Assembly (NCBI GenBank): GCA_035762425.1
Contig: DASTOW010000393.1
Span: 1-58,141, forward strand
Origin: Hyphomicrobiaceae bacterium
GTDB lineage: Bacteria; Pseudomonadota; Alphaproteobacteria; Rhizobiales; Hyphomicrobiaceae
Length of the DNA stretch: 58,141 bases
Reading direction: 5' to 3'
The position numbers and the translations under genes are program-made. This document shows positions 19,228 to 29,278 of this stretch, piece by piece. The notes below the pieces were generated by a model. The model was given only the letters and a program-made list of their open reading frames with translations. It was not told the origin of the DNA and ran no database searches. The number at the start of each line of letters is the position of its first letter. Within the stretch, counting starts at the first letter, position 1.

Positions 19228-19260
19228 ACTTTTCTGATCTCTCTCAACTCAGTATCCTGC

Positions 19261-19296
19261 AACGGCGCGAGATGCCCACTCGCGCCGTTGTCTTTT
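19261..19296 (+). terminator. Rho-independent terminator downstream of the MarR gene
   Basis: Perfect 11-bp stem (aacggcgcgag / ctcgcgccgtt, 19261-19271 and 19279-19289), a 7-nt loop, then gtcttttgg. Confidence 0.8.
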
Positions 19297-19317
19297 GGGT
19301 CGTCGCGGAGGCCATTG

Positions 19318-19812
19318 ATGTTCGATGAACGTCTGCTACGCGTGGCAGAAAGCCTGCTGGCGACTTGCCGCACGCACGGGCTCAAGGTGGCTACGGCAGA
19401 GAGTTGTACCGGCGGGTTGATCGCCGCCCTGCTGACCGAGATCCCCGGCTCCTCAGACGTGGTAGAGCGCGGCTTCGTCACCTACTCCAACGCAGCCAAG
19501 AGCGAGGAACTCGGCGTGCCCGCCGATGTGATCGCCGCGCATGGCGCAGTCAGCGAGCCTGTGGCCCGTGCCATGGCCGAGGGCGCGGTCGCCCACTCGC
19601 ATGCCGATCTCGCAGTCTCTGTGACGGGAGTAGCCGGCCCGGGCGGCGGTAGCGCCGCCAAACCGGTCGGGCTCGTGCATCTGGGGCTTGCGCGCCGCAA
19701 CGCGCCGACGCTGCACCAGGAATTGCGTCTCGGCGACATCGGGCGCGGGCCGATCCGTATGGCGACGGTCGAGGCGGCGCTGGCGCTCTTGCGGCGCGGA
19801 CATGGAGCGTAG
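19318..19812 (+). CDS. CinA C-terminal domain / nicotinamide-nucleotide amidohydrolase (PncC-like)
   Basis: [21 protein letters not shown] motif. ATG at 19318 is preferred because the upstream TTG at 19288 sits inside the terminator stem. Confidence 0.85.
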   Translation: MFDERLLRVAESLLATCRTHGLKVATAESCTGGLIAALLTEIPGSSDVVERGFVTYSNAAKSEELGVPADVIAAHGAVSEPVARAMAEGAVAHSHADLAVSVTGVAGPGGGSAAKPVGLVHLGLARRNAPTLHQELRLGDIGRGPIRMATVEAALALLRRGHGA

Positions 19813-19945
19813 GTGGGCCTACTGCGATCTCGCAACTCGCCATTGCCCAACAGTACAATCGCGCTTGCTTGCGCGCTGACGCGTTGCCAAACAATGTGGG
19901 CCTCGCCTCGTGCCATCTTCGATCGCCCGCACCAAAGGATCACCC

Positions 19946-20152
19946 ATGGAAGAGACCGCCATTGACCGAGCTGCCATGGGCCGCCTTGCAGAAGCGCTGG
20001 CCTTCATCTGCGGCGCAGAGCATCCGACCACCGTTGCCCTGAAGAAAGCTTCAGAAAGCGGCCTGGAAGGCGACATCAAAGCCGCCCGCACGCTGTTCCT
20101 GCGCCTCAAGCAGAGCGACCGCCGCGCCGCCCTTACCATGCTGCAGGACTAA
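19946..20152 (+). CDS. Small hypothetical protein (68 aa)
   Basis: GC-rich third codon positions give a coding-like bias, and aaaggatcaccc precedes the ATG. No family was recognised. An alternative start is at 19910. Confidence 0.45.
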   Translation: MEETAIDRAAMGRLAEALAFICGAEHPTTVALKKASESGLEGDIKAARTLFLRLKQSDRRAALTMLQD

Positions 20153-20173
20153 GGCTCCTACTTGCTGGGAGAG

Positions 20174-21526
20174 CTACGCCAATCCTGCACGCTTCATGTG
20201 GCCCTGGAACTTGCCGCGCACGGCAGGATCGATGCGTACGCGTAGAGTCACGGCCCCGCTCTCCTCACGCTGCTGGTCGAGCACCTCTGCGTTGTCGTGT
20301 AACCAGCTCAAGAGGCGCCCATGCGTGGCCGGAATTTTGAGGGTGAGGATCTCGTCGCGCTCGCCGAGGCGCGCGTCGATGGCAGCAAGTAGGGCATCGA
20401 CCCCCTCCCCGGTCGCCGCCGATACCAGCAGCAGGCCACGGCCGGCCCGCTCGGCCGCACGCTCCGCCTCCTGGCGCGCCGTGGCATCCAGTCGGTCAAC
20501 CTTGTTGGCGACCTCCATGATCCTGGCGTCTGCGGCTTGTGCGTCGATGCCAAGTTCGCCCAGCACATGCTCGACGTCACGGCGTTGCGCGTCCGTCTCG
20601 ACATGGCTGATGTCGCGCACGTGCAGCACGAGATCAGCCGCGAGCACCTCCTCCAGCGTGGCGCGGAAGGCTGCCACCAGCGTGGTCGGCAAATCGGAGA
20701 TGAAGCCGACCGTGTCCGACAGAATAATGCGCCGGCCGCTCGCCAGCTTCACCTCGCGCATGGTCGGGTCGAGCGTGGCGAAGACCTGATCTTTGGCCAC
20801 CACGCCGGCGCCGGTGATGCGGTTGAAGAGCGTCGACTTGCCGGCGTTGGTGTAGCCGACGATCGCCACCACGGGATAGGGCACACGCTTGCGCGCGGCG
20901 CGATGCAATTCGCGCGTTCGCACCACGCCGGCCAGTTCGCGGCGAATGAACTCGATGCGCTCCTGGATCAGACGCCGGTCCGTCTCGATCTGCGCCTCGC
21001 CCGGACCGCCGAGGAAGCCAAAGCCGCCGCGCTGGCGCTCGAGATGGGTCCAGCTGCGCACCAGCCGGCTGCGCTGATATTCGAGGTGCGCAAGTTCCAC
21101 CTGCAGTCGTCCCTCACGGGTGGCGGCACGCTCGCCAAAGATCTCCAGGATCAGACCGGTGCGGTCGAGCACCTTGCAGTCCCACGCCTTCTCCAGGTTG
21201 CGCTGTTGGATCGGGCTTACCGAATGATCGATGATTGCCAGGCCCGCCTGTTTGGCCGCGATCAAGAGGCCAATCTCGTGCACCTTGCCCGAACCTAGCA
21301 ACGTCGCCGGACGTGGCCTGGTCAGGGCAACGATCTCCGCAGCGCGCACGTCGAGGTCGATGGCTCGCGCCAACCCAACGGCCTCATCGAGGCGATCCTG
21401 GGCGGAGCGCGGTTCCGGCCGCCGCGCGGGAGCATTGCCCTCGCCTGTCGGCAGCCGGCGCTCGCCGGGACGCAACGGCGCGATGACCACAGCACGCGTA
21501 ATCGGCCGATGCCGTTCGATGGGCAT
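20174..21526 (-). CDS. hflX: GTPase HflX
   Basis: G1 motif VGYTNAGKSTLFN, plus DTVGF and NKVD. It lies directly downstream of hfq. Confidence 0.95.
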   Translation of the reverse strand: MPIERHRPITRAVVIAPLRPGERRLPTGEGNAPARRPEPRSAQDRLDEAVGLARAIDLDVRAAEIVALTRPRPATLLGSGKVHEIGLLIAAKQAGLAIIDHSVSPIQQRNLEKAWDCKVLDRTGLILEIFGERAATREGRLQVELAHLEYQRSRLVRSWTHLERQRGGFGFLGGPGEAQIETDRRLIQERIEFIRRELAGVVRTRELHRAARKRVPYPVVAIVGYTNAGKSTLFNRITGAGVVAKDQVFATLDPTMREVKLASGRRIILSDTVGFISDLPTTLVAAFRATLEEVLAADLVLHVRDISHVETDAQRRDVEHVLGELGIDAQAADARIMEVANKVDRLDATARQEAERAAERAGRGLLLVSAATGEGVDALLAAIDARLGERDEILTLKIPATHGRLLSWLHDNAEVLDQQREESGAVTLRVRIDPAVRGKFQGHMKRAGLA

Positions 21527-21573
21527 CCGCCGCTTGCGCGCGCGCTTTGGTTCGGTAAGCGGATCCGAGATGG

Positions 21574-21825
21574 CTATCCCTGTTGGCCTTCGGCCGGATC
21601 AGAATCCATGAGATGCACGGGCTGACCCGGCATGATGGTCGAGATGGCGTGCTTGTAGACCAGCTGCGAGTGCCCGTCACGCCGCAGCAGCACGCAGAAA
21701 TTGTCGAACCAAGTGACGATCCCCTGCAACTTCACACCATTGATCAGGAAGATCGTGAGCGGCGTCTTGTTCTTTCGCACATGGTTCAGGAACGTGTCCT
21801 GAAGGCTTTGGGCTCTTTCGGCCAT
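21574..21825 (-). CDS. hfq: RNA chaperone Hfq
   Basis: [40 protein letters not shown]... is a canonical Sm1/Sm2 sequence. Confidence 0.97.
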   Translation of the reverse strand: MAERAQSLQDTFLNHVRKNKTPLTIFLINGVKLQGIVTWFDNFCVLLRRDGHSQLVYKHAISTIMPGQPVHLMDSDPAEGQQG

Positions 21826-21965
21826 TGTTGTAGTCCGTTTTTGTTATCTATGGCAGGACCGCAGCAACCGGCACCCTACCCCCAAACGTGCATAAAATGC
21901 AGCGTCGAAGGCCGCCAGACAAGCAGATTCGCTGCACGTTTTCAGGCAAACTGCCTGTTCGTAAA

Positions 21966-22829
21966 TCAGCTGGGCGCGATTTCCGCCGTTGAATGAAATT
22001 CGGCTCTCAGTTTTTGTGTCAGAAGTCCCGGAACGCCATTGCCGATGGCCTGCCCGTCAATGCTCACCACCGGCATGACGGCATTGGTTGCAGAGGTAAT
22101 GAAAGCCTCCCGCGCCGCCTTTGCCTCCGCCACCGTGAACGGCCGCTCCACCAGCTCGATCTTCTCCCGTTTGAGTAGGTCGATGAGAGTCGTGCGCGTC
22201 ACCCCGCGCAGGATGGCATTGTCGACCTGGCGCGTGATGAGGCGGCCCTGGCCGTCCAGGATCCAGGCGTTGGAGGACGCGCCCTCCGTGACATAGCCCT
22301 TGGCGTCGACCAGCCAGGCTTCTTTGGCTCCCGTCTTGCGGGCCGCCTCCTTGGCGAGCGCCGCCGGCAGCAGCATGACCGTCTTGATGTCGCAACGACC
22401 CCAGCGCATGTCCGGCATGGTCTGCACGCCGATGCCTTTCGCAGCAGAGGCCTCGGCTTTGGCCGGCGACATGCTGCGAGCCAGCACGACCAGGGTCGGC
22501 TCCACGTCCTCGGAGGGGAAGGTGAACTCGCGCGGGCCGGCGCCGCGTGACACCTGTAGGTAGACGAGACCGTTGCGCACGCGGTTGCGCCGGATGGTCT
22601 CGCGCATGACCCGGGACAGCGACACAGCCGGCATCGGCGAGCGCAGCGACAACTCGCCGAGCGAGCGAGCCAGGCGCGCCAGGTGGCGCGTCTCGTCGAT
22701 TAGGCGGCCGTCTTTGACCTCGCACACCTCGTACACGGCATCACCAAACTGGAAGCCGCGATCTTCTGCATGCACGCCCGCCTGGCTGTACGGCAGATAG
22801 CGGCCGTTGACGTAGATCACCCGTGTCAT
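21966..22829 (-). CDS. Class IV aminotransferase (D-amino-acid transaminase-like)
   Basis: FQFGDAVYEV and EGASSNAW motifs of fold-type IV PLP enzymes. Confidence 0.85.
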   Translation of the reverse strand: MTRVIYVNGRYLPYSQAGVHAEDRGFQFGDAVYEVCEVKDGRLIDETRHLARLARSLGELSLRSPMPAVSLSRVMRETIRRNRVRNGLVYLQVSRGAGPREFTFPSEDVEPTLVVLARSMSPAKAEASAAKGIGVQTMPDMRWGRCDIKTVMLLPAALAKEAARKTGAKEAWLVDAKGYVTEGASSNAWILDGQGRLITRQVDNAILRGVTRTTLIDLLKREKIELVERPFTVAEAKAAREAFITSATNAVMPVVSIDGQAIGNGVPGLLTQKLRAEFHSTAEIAPS

Positions 22830-22842
22830 CGTTCAACCCAGC

Positions 22843-24240
22843 TCACGCCTGCCGTGCGATTTCAGTGCCGCGTTCCTGCGAGCTGACGCCGAGCGCTCTG
22901 AGCTTGCGGTGCAGAGCCGAACGCTCCATGCCGACGAACTCCGCGGTGCGCGAGATGTTGCCGCCGAAGCGATTGATCTGCGCCAGCAGATACTCGCGCT
23001 CAAAGATCTCGCGTGCCTCGCGAAGGGGCAGCGACATCAGGTGCTCGGCACCGCCGTTGACGGGCAGCGGCACGTTGGAGCCGATCTCGTCTGGCAGCAT
23101 GTTGGCGGTGATGATGGCATCAGGATCGCCGCCCGATAGGATCATCAGCCGTTCGAGGTTGTTCCTAAGCTCGCGCACGTTGCCCGGCCAATCGTGCGCC
23201 TGCAGAACGGCGATGGCATCCTCGCCGATGCGGCGCGGGGCCAAGCCAGACGACTGGGCGACCTGGCCGACGAAGAATTGGATCAGCTCGGGAATGTCGT
23301 CGCGGCGCTCGGCCAGCCCGGGCACGCGTAGCGGCACCACGTTGAGGCGATGGTACAGATCCTCGCGGAAGCGACCTTCCTGCATCTCGCGCTCCAGATC
23401 GCGGCTGGTCGAAGAAATGATGCGCACGTCGACGGAGACCTTGGGCCCGCCGCCGACGCGCTGGAATTTCTGCTCCACCAGCACGCGCAGCACCTTGCCC
23501 TGTGTCTCGAGCGGCATGTCGGCCACCTCGTCGATGTAGAGGGTGCCACCATGAGCTTCCTCGAGCGCGCCAACCTTGCGCGGGCCAGCGTGATCTTCGG
23601 TGCCGAAGAACTCCTCCTCGACGCGCTCAGGTGCCATGGCCGCGGCGTTCAGCACCACGAACGGGCCGTCCTTGCGCAACGAGGCCCCGTGCAGGACACG
23701 CGCGCACAGCTCCTTGCCGGAGCCTGCGCCGCCGCGGATAAGCACACGGCTGTTGGTCGGTGCTACGCGATCGATTGATCCGCGCAACTGGTTCATGGCC
23801 GTCGATTTGCCGATCATTTCGAAGCTGACGACCGATCGCTCGCGCAGCTCGCGCACTTCCCGCTGCAGCTTGGAGGCTTCCAGCGCGCGCAGCGTCACCA
23901 GGAGCAGGCGGTCGGCCTTGAACGGCTTCTCGATGTAGTCGTAGGCGCCGCGCTTGATCGCCGTAACGGCCGTCTCGATGTTGCCGTGCCCCGACACGAT
24001 CACCACCGGCAGGTCGGGATGGGCCTTCTTGATGATGTGCAGGACTTCCAGCCCGTCGAGCCGGCTGCCCTGCAGCCAGATGTCGAGAATGACGAGTTGC
24101 GGCCGCCGCTCCTCGATGGCCTTTAGAGCCTCGTCGGAATCGCGTGCCAGGCGCGTGCGGTGCCCGTCGTCCTGCAGGATGCCCGCAACCATCTCGCGGA
24201 TGTCCGCCTCATCGTCGACGACCAGAATGTCTGAAGCCAT
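22843..24240 (-). CDS. ntrX: Response regulator NtrX
   Basis: Receiver domain, an AAA+ module lacking GAFTGA (FFGTEDHAGPRKVGALEEA) and a C-terminal HTH. GAGGGAG precedes the ATG at 24240. It lies downstream of ntrY. Confidence 0.9.
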   Translation of the reverse strand: MASDILVVDDEADIREMVAGILQDDGHRTRLARDSDEALKAIEERRPQLVILDIWLQGSRLDGLEVLHIIKKAHPDLPVVIVSGHGNIETAVTAIKRGAYDYIEKPFKADRLLLVTLRALEASKLQREVRELRERSVVSFEMIGKSTAMNQLRGSIDRVAPTNSRVLIRGGAGSGKELCARVLHGASLRKDGPFVVLNAAAMAPERVEEEFFGTEDHAGPRKVGALEEAHGGTLYIDEVADMPLETQGKVLRVLVEQKFQRVGGGPKVSVDVRIISSTSRDLEREMQEGRFREDLYHRLNVVPLRVPGLAERRDDIPELIQFFVGQVAQSSGLAPRRIGEDAIAVLQAHDWPGNVRELRNNLERLMILSGGDPDAIITANMLPDEIGSNVPLPVNGGAEHLMSLPLREAREIFEREYLLAQINRFGGNISRTAEFVGMERSALHRKLRALGVSSQERGTEIARQA

Positions 24241-24266
24241 TGGCTGCTCCCTCACTCGTTATTCGA

Positions 24267-26690
24267 TCACGCACCACCGCGCGCAGCGGTCGGTACGGGC
24301 TTTTCATGTCCAACGATGCGGCCGGACGAGGCCGCAATCGGCAGGGTGATGCGCATCAAGGCGCCATGCGTACGACCGGGCGCTGGAGGCGCATCCTCCA
24401 GTGAGATCGTGCCGCCGTGCTGCTCAACGCTCTTTTGCACGATGGCAAGGCCGAGGCCGGTGCCTTTCTTGTGTCCCTTGGTGGTCACGTATGGCTCGAG
24501 AAGGCGGGTGCGGTTGTGCTTGGGCAGGCCGGGACCGTTGTCGATCACCTCGATGTCAACGTTGGGACCGTTGCCCCGCACGACCGTCTCGATGCGCCCG
24601 CGCCAGCCTGGCTCCTTGTCCGGGCTCTCGACATAGCCCTGGATCGCCTCTTCCGCGTTCTTCACGAGGTTGTGGATCGCCTGCGAGATCAGCCGCCGAT
24701 CGCAGGACACGATGATCGGCTCGTTGGGAAACTTCTTGTCGAAGGCGATCTCGCTGTTGGCCATCTGGCGATCGAGCACGGAGGCACGCACCACATCGCG
24801 GATATCGTGCTCTTCCATCTCCGGCTTGGGCATGCGCGCAAAGGCCGAGAACTCATCGACCATGCGCGTCACGTCGCCGACCTGGCGAATGATCGTATCC
24901 GTGCACAGGTCAAACACGTCGCGGTCCTCGGTGATCACCTTGCCGTACTTGCGTTTGATGCGCTCGGCCGAGAGTTGTATCGGCGTGAGCGGATTCTTGA
25001 TCTCGTGCGCGATGCGGCGCGCCACGTCCGCCCAGGCGGAGGTGCGCTGCGCCGACACCAGTTCGGTGACATCGTCGAAGGTGAGCACCGAGCCCTCGTC
25101 ACCCTCGCCCTCCGCCTCGTGGGTGACACGCACGGCAAAACTGCGCTCATTGTCGTTGATGGTGAGCGTGACCTGACGCTGTGGCTTGCCGCGGGCATTG
25201 GGATCGGTGCTTTCGACCAGCAGGCCGGCGAATTCAGGCACCGCGTCGGCGAGATGCCGGCCGACCAGCTGGTCCTCCGTCAGGCCAAGCAGCTTCTGCG
25301 CCGAGCGGCTCGCCAGCGTGATGTGTCCGCTGCGATCGAGGCCGAGCACGCCGGCGGAGACGCCGGACAGCACCGCCTCCATGAAGCGACGGCGCTCTGT
25401 GAGCTGGCTGTTGGCGGTGACGAGGTCGGTGCGCTGGCGCTCCAGCTCCTGCGTCATTGTATTGAAGTTCATAGACAGTCGCCGCAGGTCGCCTTCGCCG
25501 CGACGGATCGGAAGCTGCACCGACAAGTTGCCCTTGGCGACCTGCTGCGCCGCGCTGATCAGACGCCGGATCGGCGCCACCAGCAGGCCCGCAAACCACA
25601 ACCCGACCCACACAGCCGCCAGCAGCGCCGTCAGCGAGATCATGAAGTACATCAGGCCGTGCGCAAACTTGAGGCCGCCGCGGCGCTCGCGCAGCTGCTC
25701 ATACTCGGTGACGCCGCGCTCGGTGTTGCGCAGGTGAGTTACGACCTTGGGGCTGACACCACGTGCCACGTAGAGATAGGAGTCGGGATAGTTGCGCAGC
25801 TTGGCGATCGCCGCGACGCGGAAGGTGCTGACCGGCATCAACAGCGGCACATGCCCCTGCTCGGCAACACGGATCAGATGCTCGGGCGGCGGAATGTAGG
25901 GGATGCGCTCGTCCTCCAGCGCCGCCACTTTCACATTGCCCTTGGCATCGACGACGTAGGCCACCGGTAGATCGCGCAGGCCGGCTTGCGCAAACATCAG
26001 CTCGCGGAATTTGCGCGGATCATTGGCGATCTCGGTCGCCGCATCGTCGAGGTCTTTGCCCATGTTGACGATATCCGTGCGGATGACCTGGCCGTGCTCC
26101 TCGAGGTAGGCGTGCGCCACGTCGAGGGAGTTCATTACGATGTTGGTGGTCTGCCGGTTGAACCAGTTGTCGAGCGAGCGCGAGAACGTGGTGGTGGCGG
26201 CGACCGCGAGCAGCAGGGCCGGCAGCGCCGTGATGAGGCTGAACAGCAGTACGATGCGCACGTGCAGGCGCGCGCCCGCCACCTTGTTGCGCCAGGCGCG
26301 CCACAGACCGATTGCCTGCACTGCGATGACCGCCACCATGGCGATCACCAGCAGCAGATTGACGAACAGCACGCCGAGCACGACCTCGTTGCGCGGCATG
26401 ATCGGCGTCAGGCCGGTCAGAATCAGGTAGGTGGCAAGGCCCGAAACCAGCGACAGGCCGACGACCACCGAACCGATAAAGAAAGCCCGGCTACCGGCAG
26501 CGGGTAGGCGCGGACCGCCTTCCTCCAACTGCGGATCGGCCGGTGCCTGGGCATCGAGGTTGGCAAGTTGGCGCAGCCGCTCGATGCCACGCGCCATGGC
26601 GGCCGTAGCCTGACGGCCTATATCCCGCACTGCGGCAATGGCCGTGCCCATCAGTTGGACTGCATTTTCGATCAGCGAATTCATGTGCAC
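24267..26690 (-). CDS. ntrY: Sensor histidine kinase NtrY
   Basis: N-terminal transmembrane helices, HAMP and PAS regions, H-box HEIKNPLTPIQLSAERI, and an HATPase region (DNGPGLP, GTGLGLAIV). Confidence 0.92.
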   Translation of the reverse strand: MHMNSLIENAVQLMGTAIAAVRDIGRQATAAMARGIERLRQLANLDAQAPADPQLEEGGPRLPAAGSRAFFIGSVVVGLSLVSGLATYLILTGLTPIMPRNEVVLGVLFVNLLLVIAMVAVIAVQAIGLWRAWRNKVAGARLHVRIVLLFSLITALPALLLAVAATTTFSRSLDNWFNRQTTNIVMNSLDVAHAYLEEHGQVIRTDIVNMGKDLDDAATEIANDPRKFRELMFAQAGLRDLPVAYVVDAKGNVKVAALEDERIPYIPPPEHLIRVAEQGHVPLLMPVSTFRVAAIAKLRNYPDSYLYVARGVSPKVVTHLRNTERGVTEYEQLRERRGGLKFAHGLMYFMISLTALLAAVWVGLWFAGLLVAPIRRLISAAQQVAKGNLSVQLPIRRGEGDLRRLSMNFNTMTQELERQRTDLVTANSQLTERRRFMEAVLSGVSAGVLGLDRSGHITLASRSAQKLLGLTEDQLVGRHLADAVPEFAGLLVESTDPNARGKPQRQVTLTINDNERSFAVRVTHEAEGEGDEGSVLTFDDVTELVSAQRTSAWADVARRIAHEIKNPLTPIQLSAERIKRKYGKVITEDRDVFDLCTDTIIRQVGDVTRMVDEFSAFARMPKPEMEEHDIRDVVRASVLDRQMANSEIAFDKKFPNEPIIVSCDRRLISQAIHNLVKNAEEAIQGYVESPDKEPGWRGRIETVVRGNGPNVDIEVIDNGPGLPKHNRTRLLEPYVTTKGHKKGTGLGLAIVQKSVEQHGGTISLEDAPPAPGRTHGALMRITLPIAASSGRIVGHEKPVPTAARGGA

Positions 26691-26967
26691 AGGGATCGCG
26701 GGCTCTCATGCAGCAAAGCGATCACACACATCAACGACAGTGTGGCATTTTCGCGACAACATTGGGTTACCTATTCGCCGGTCGAGCGTCAAGTCACACC
26801 CGCGACGTGCTGGCCACAGCGCTGTTGGCTACGGCCAGCGATGGGGTGTCGGGCCAACATTCCGCCACCAAGCTGTGGGACCCACTGACGTGCCGCTGCC
26901 GCTTGGACGGGGTGGCGGCAGGGCCGTCTCGGGGGAACAGTGAGGCGGCACCGGGGGAAGGACACGC

Positions 26968-28179
26968 ATGAGGCTCCTTGGCCGATACGTCTTTCGGCAA
27001 ACGGCAGGCGCATTGCTCCTCATCCTCATCTCCCTGACGGGGGTGACGTGGATTGCCATCGCCTTGCGGCAGCTGGAGCTGATGACCACCCAGGGCCAGG
27101 ATGTCGTTCGCTTCCTCGGCATGACGACGCTCGCCATCCCAAGTTTGCTCGCCTTCATCGCACCGGTGGCACTGCTGATCTCCAGCATCCACGTGCTCAA
27201 TAAGCTGAACGGCGACAGCGAATTGATCGTCATGACGGCGGGCGGCATGCCTGTCTGGTCGCTGCTGAAGCCGCTCGGGCTGCTGGCCCTGCTGGTGTCC
27301 CTGGCCGTAGCCGGCGTCAATCACGTTGCCGGACCTTGGAGCCAGCGCAAGCTGAAGGACATGGTGGTGCAGGTGCGCACCGACTTCATGAGCCAGGTGC
27401 TGCAGCCCTGGCGCTTCAGCTCGCCTGAGGCCAGGCTCACCGTGCACATCCGCGACCGCGGCCCAAACGGCGATCTTCTCGGCTTGCTGCTGCATGATGC
27501 ACGCGACCCAAAGCAGGTCGTCACCTACCTCGCCGAGCGGGGGCAGATCATCAAGCAGGGCCCGGCGGTCTTCCTGCGCATGGAGAAGGGGCACGTGCTG
27601 CGCCAGCTCGACACCGAGCCGGTACCGCAGATCATCTCCTTCCAGAGCTATCCCGTCGACATGAACCGGCTGGAACAGCGTGTTGACACGGTGCAGGTGC
27701 TGCGCCCGCGCGAGCGCTACACCACTGAGCTGCTTCGCCCCGACAAGGATGATCCGCAATACAAGACGGGCGCTGCGCGGTTCACGTCCGAGTTGCACGA
27801 GCGCATTTCCAACCCCTTGTACGCCTTCGCTTTTGTTCTGATCGTGCTGGCCTGCATGGGACCGGCACAGACCACCCGCAGCAATCGTATGCAAGCTATC
27901 GTCACCGCCTTCGGCGTGGCGGTCGGATGCCGCATTCTCGGCATCACAGCGGCCAATGCGGCTGCGGTACGTCCCTCGGCGACCTATCTTCTCTATCTGG
28001 TGCCAATCGCCGCTGCGGTAGTGTCGATGATGGTCATTGGCTGGCGCATCAGGCCGCGCCGCCAGACGCGCCTTGCGCTGGCTCTGGAGAAGACAGTGGC
28101 CGGCATAGGCTCAGCCTTTGCCCTCCTCAAACCGCGTCCGCGCCGCTCGACCGGCCGGCCGCTGGCTACGAGGAGTTGA
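26968..28179 (+). CDS. lptF: LPS export ABC permease LptF
   Basis: The MRLLGRYVFRQ N-terminus and YjgP/YjgQ-type topology fit LptF. It is followed by lptG. Confidence 0.9.
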   Translation: MRLLGRYVFRQTAGALLLILISLTGVTWIAIALRQLELMTTQGQDVVRFLGMTTLAIPSLLAFIAPVALLISSIHVLNKLNGDSELIVMTAGGMPVWSLLKPLGLLALLVSLAVAGVNHVAGPWSQRKLKDMVVQVRTDFMSQVLQPWRFSSPEARLTVHIRDRGPNGDLLGLLLHDARDPKQVVTYLAERGQIIKQGPAVFLRMEKGHVLRQLDTEPVPQIISFQSYPVDMNRLEQRVDTVQVLRPRERYTTELLRPDKDDPQYKTGAARFTSELHERISNPLYAFAFVLIVLACMGPAQTTRSNRMQAIVTAFGVAVGCRILGITAANAAAVRPSATYLLYLVPIAAAVVSMMVIGWRIRPRRQTRLALALEKTVAGIGSAFALLKPRPRRSTGRPLATRS

Positions 28180-28183
28180 GCCA

Positions 28184-29278
28184 GTGCTGCAGGGTCGGAC
28201 ACTGCGTCGGTACGTGGCCAAGCGCTTCCTGTTCGCCATACTTGGCGCCTTCAGCGTCTGTGCGGTGCTGATCTTCATGATCGATATGGTTGAGCTGCTG
28301 CGCATGTCGCGCCGGGCAAACGATCTTTCGGTCTCATCGCTGCTGTGGATGGGCTTGCTGCGACTGCCCGCGTTCTCGGAGATCCTGTTATCGTTTGCGG
28401 TTATGGTCGGTAGCATCGGCGCCCTGCTCAGCCTGAGCCGCAAGTCGGAACTGACCGTCATGCGGGCCGGTGGCATGTCGGTCTGGCAGTTTCTGCGCCC
28501 CGGCGTCACCGTAGCGCTGGTTCTCGGGATATTCGCCGTCACCGTCTACAATCCGCTGGCAGCGGCGGCCCGCTCCGAGTCCGAGCGTTTGGTTGCAGAG
28601 GCCTTCGGCAAGGAAGCCGGGCTCATGGTCTCAGCGGGGCAGGGCTCGTGGCTGCGCCAGGACGGAGCCGACGGCCAGTCGGTGATGTATGCCAGGGCCT
28701 CGGCCAACCAGGGACTGACCCTGTCCGGTGTGACCGTCATTCAATTTGACACCAAAGGACAATTCGTCGAGCGCATCGACGCGGAAAAGGCCACGCTCGG
28801 CGATTCGGTGTGGGAGCTGCACCGGGCCCTGGTGTCCCGCCCCGGCCGGGAAGCCGAACGGTCCGAGATCTACACGGTCAGCACCTACCTCACCCGCGAA
28901 CGCGTCGGCGATGCCCTGGGGTCCGAGATCGCGGTGTCGGTCTGGCAACTGCCTGATCTCATTCAACTTGCTGAAAAGACGGGCCTTTCCGCTGAGCGCT
29001 ACAAGATGCAGTACGCGCTGCTGCTGTCCCGCCCGATGCTCCTGATCGCGATGGTTATTTTGGCGGCCACTGTGTCCCTCCGGTCATTCCGCTCCGGTGG
29101 GATACAGACTATGGTTTTGCTGGGCATGGTGGGGGGGATCGGCTTCTTCCTGCTGACCGAGGTCTCGAGGCAAATCGGCATGGCCGGTTTGATCTCGCCG
29201 ACCATGGCAGTTTGGGCGCCGATAGGTTTTGCGCTGCTTGTTTCGCTAACGGTGCTGCTACACCAGGAGGATGGCTGA
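28184..29278 (+). CDS. lptG: LPS export ABC permease LptG
   Basis: GTG at 28184, 5 nt after the lptF stop, gives VLQGRTLRRYVAKRFL..., a typical LptG N-terminus. The ORF-track start at 28118 would overlap lptF. Confidence 0.88.
   Translation: MLQGRTLRRYVAKRFLFAILGAFSVCAVLIFMIDMVELLRMSRRANDLSVSSLLWMGLLRLPAFSEILLSFAVMVGSIGALLSLSRKSELTVMRAGGMSVWQFLRPGVTVALVLGIFAVTVYNPLAAAARSESERLVAEAFGKEAGLMVSAGQGSWLRQDGADGQSVMYARASANQGLTLSGVTVIQFDTKGQFVERIDAEKATLGDSVWELHRALVSRPGREAERSEIYTVSTYLTRERVGDALGSEIAVSVWQLPDLIQLAEKTGLSAERYKMQYALLLSRPMLLIAMVILAATVSLRSFRSGGIQTMVLLGMVGGIGFFLLTEVSRQIGMAGLISPTMAVWAPIGFALLVSLTVLLHQEDG

Noticed and set aside
24417-25970. 517-aa plus-strand ORF.
   Set aside because: It is antisense to ntrY and has no motifs.
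26794-27894. 366-aa minus-strand ORF.
   Set aside because: It is antisense to lptF and its translation is not membrane-protein-like, whereas the plus frame gives a typical LptF.
28118-28183. The upstream ATG start for lptG given in the ORF track.
   Set aside because: It would overlap lptF by 62 nt. GTG at 28184 gives the conserved LptG N-terminus right after the lptF stop.
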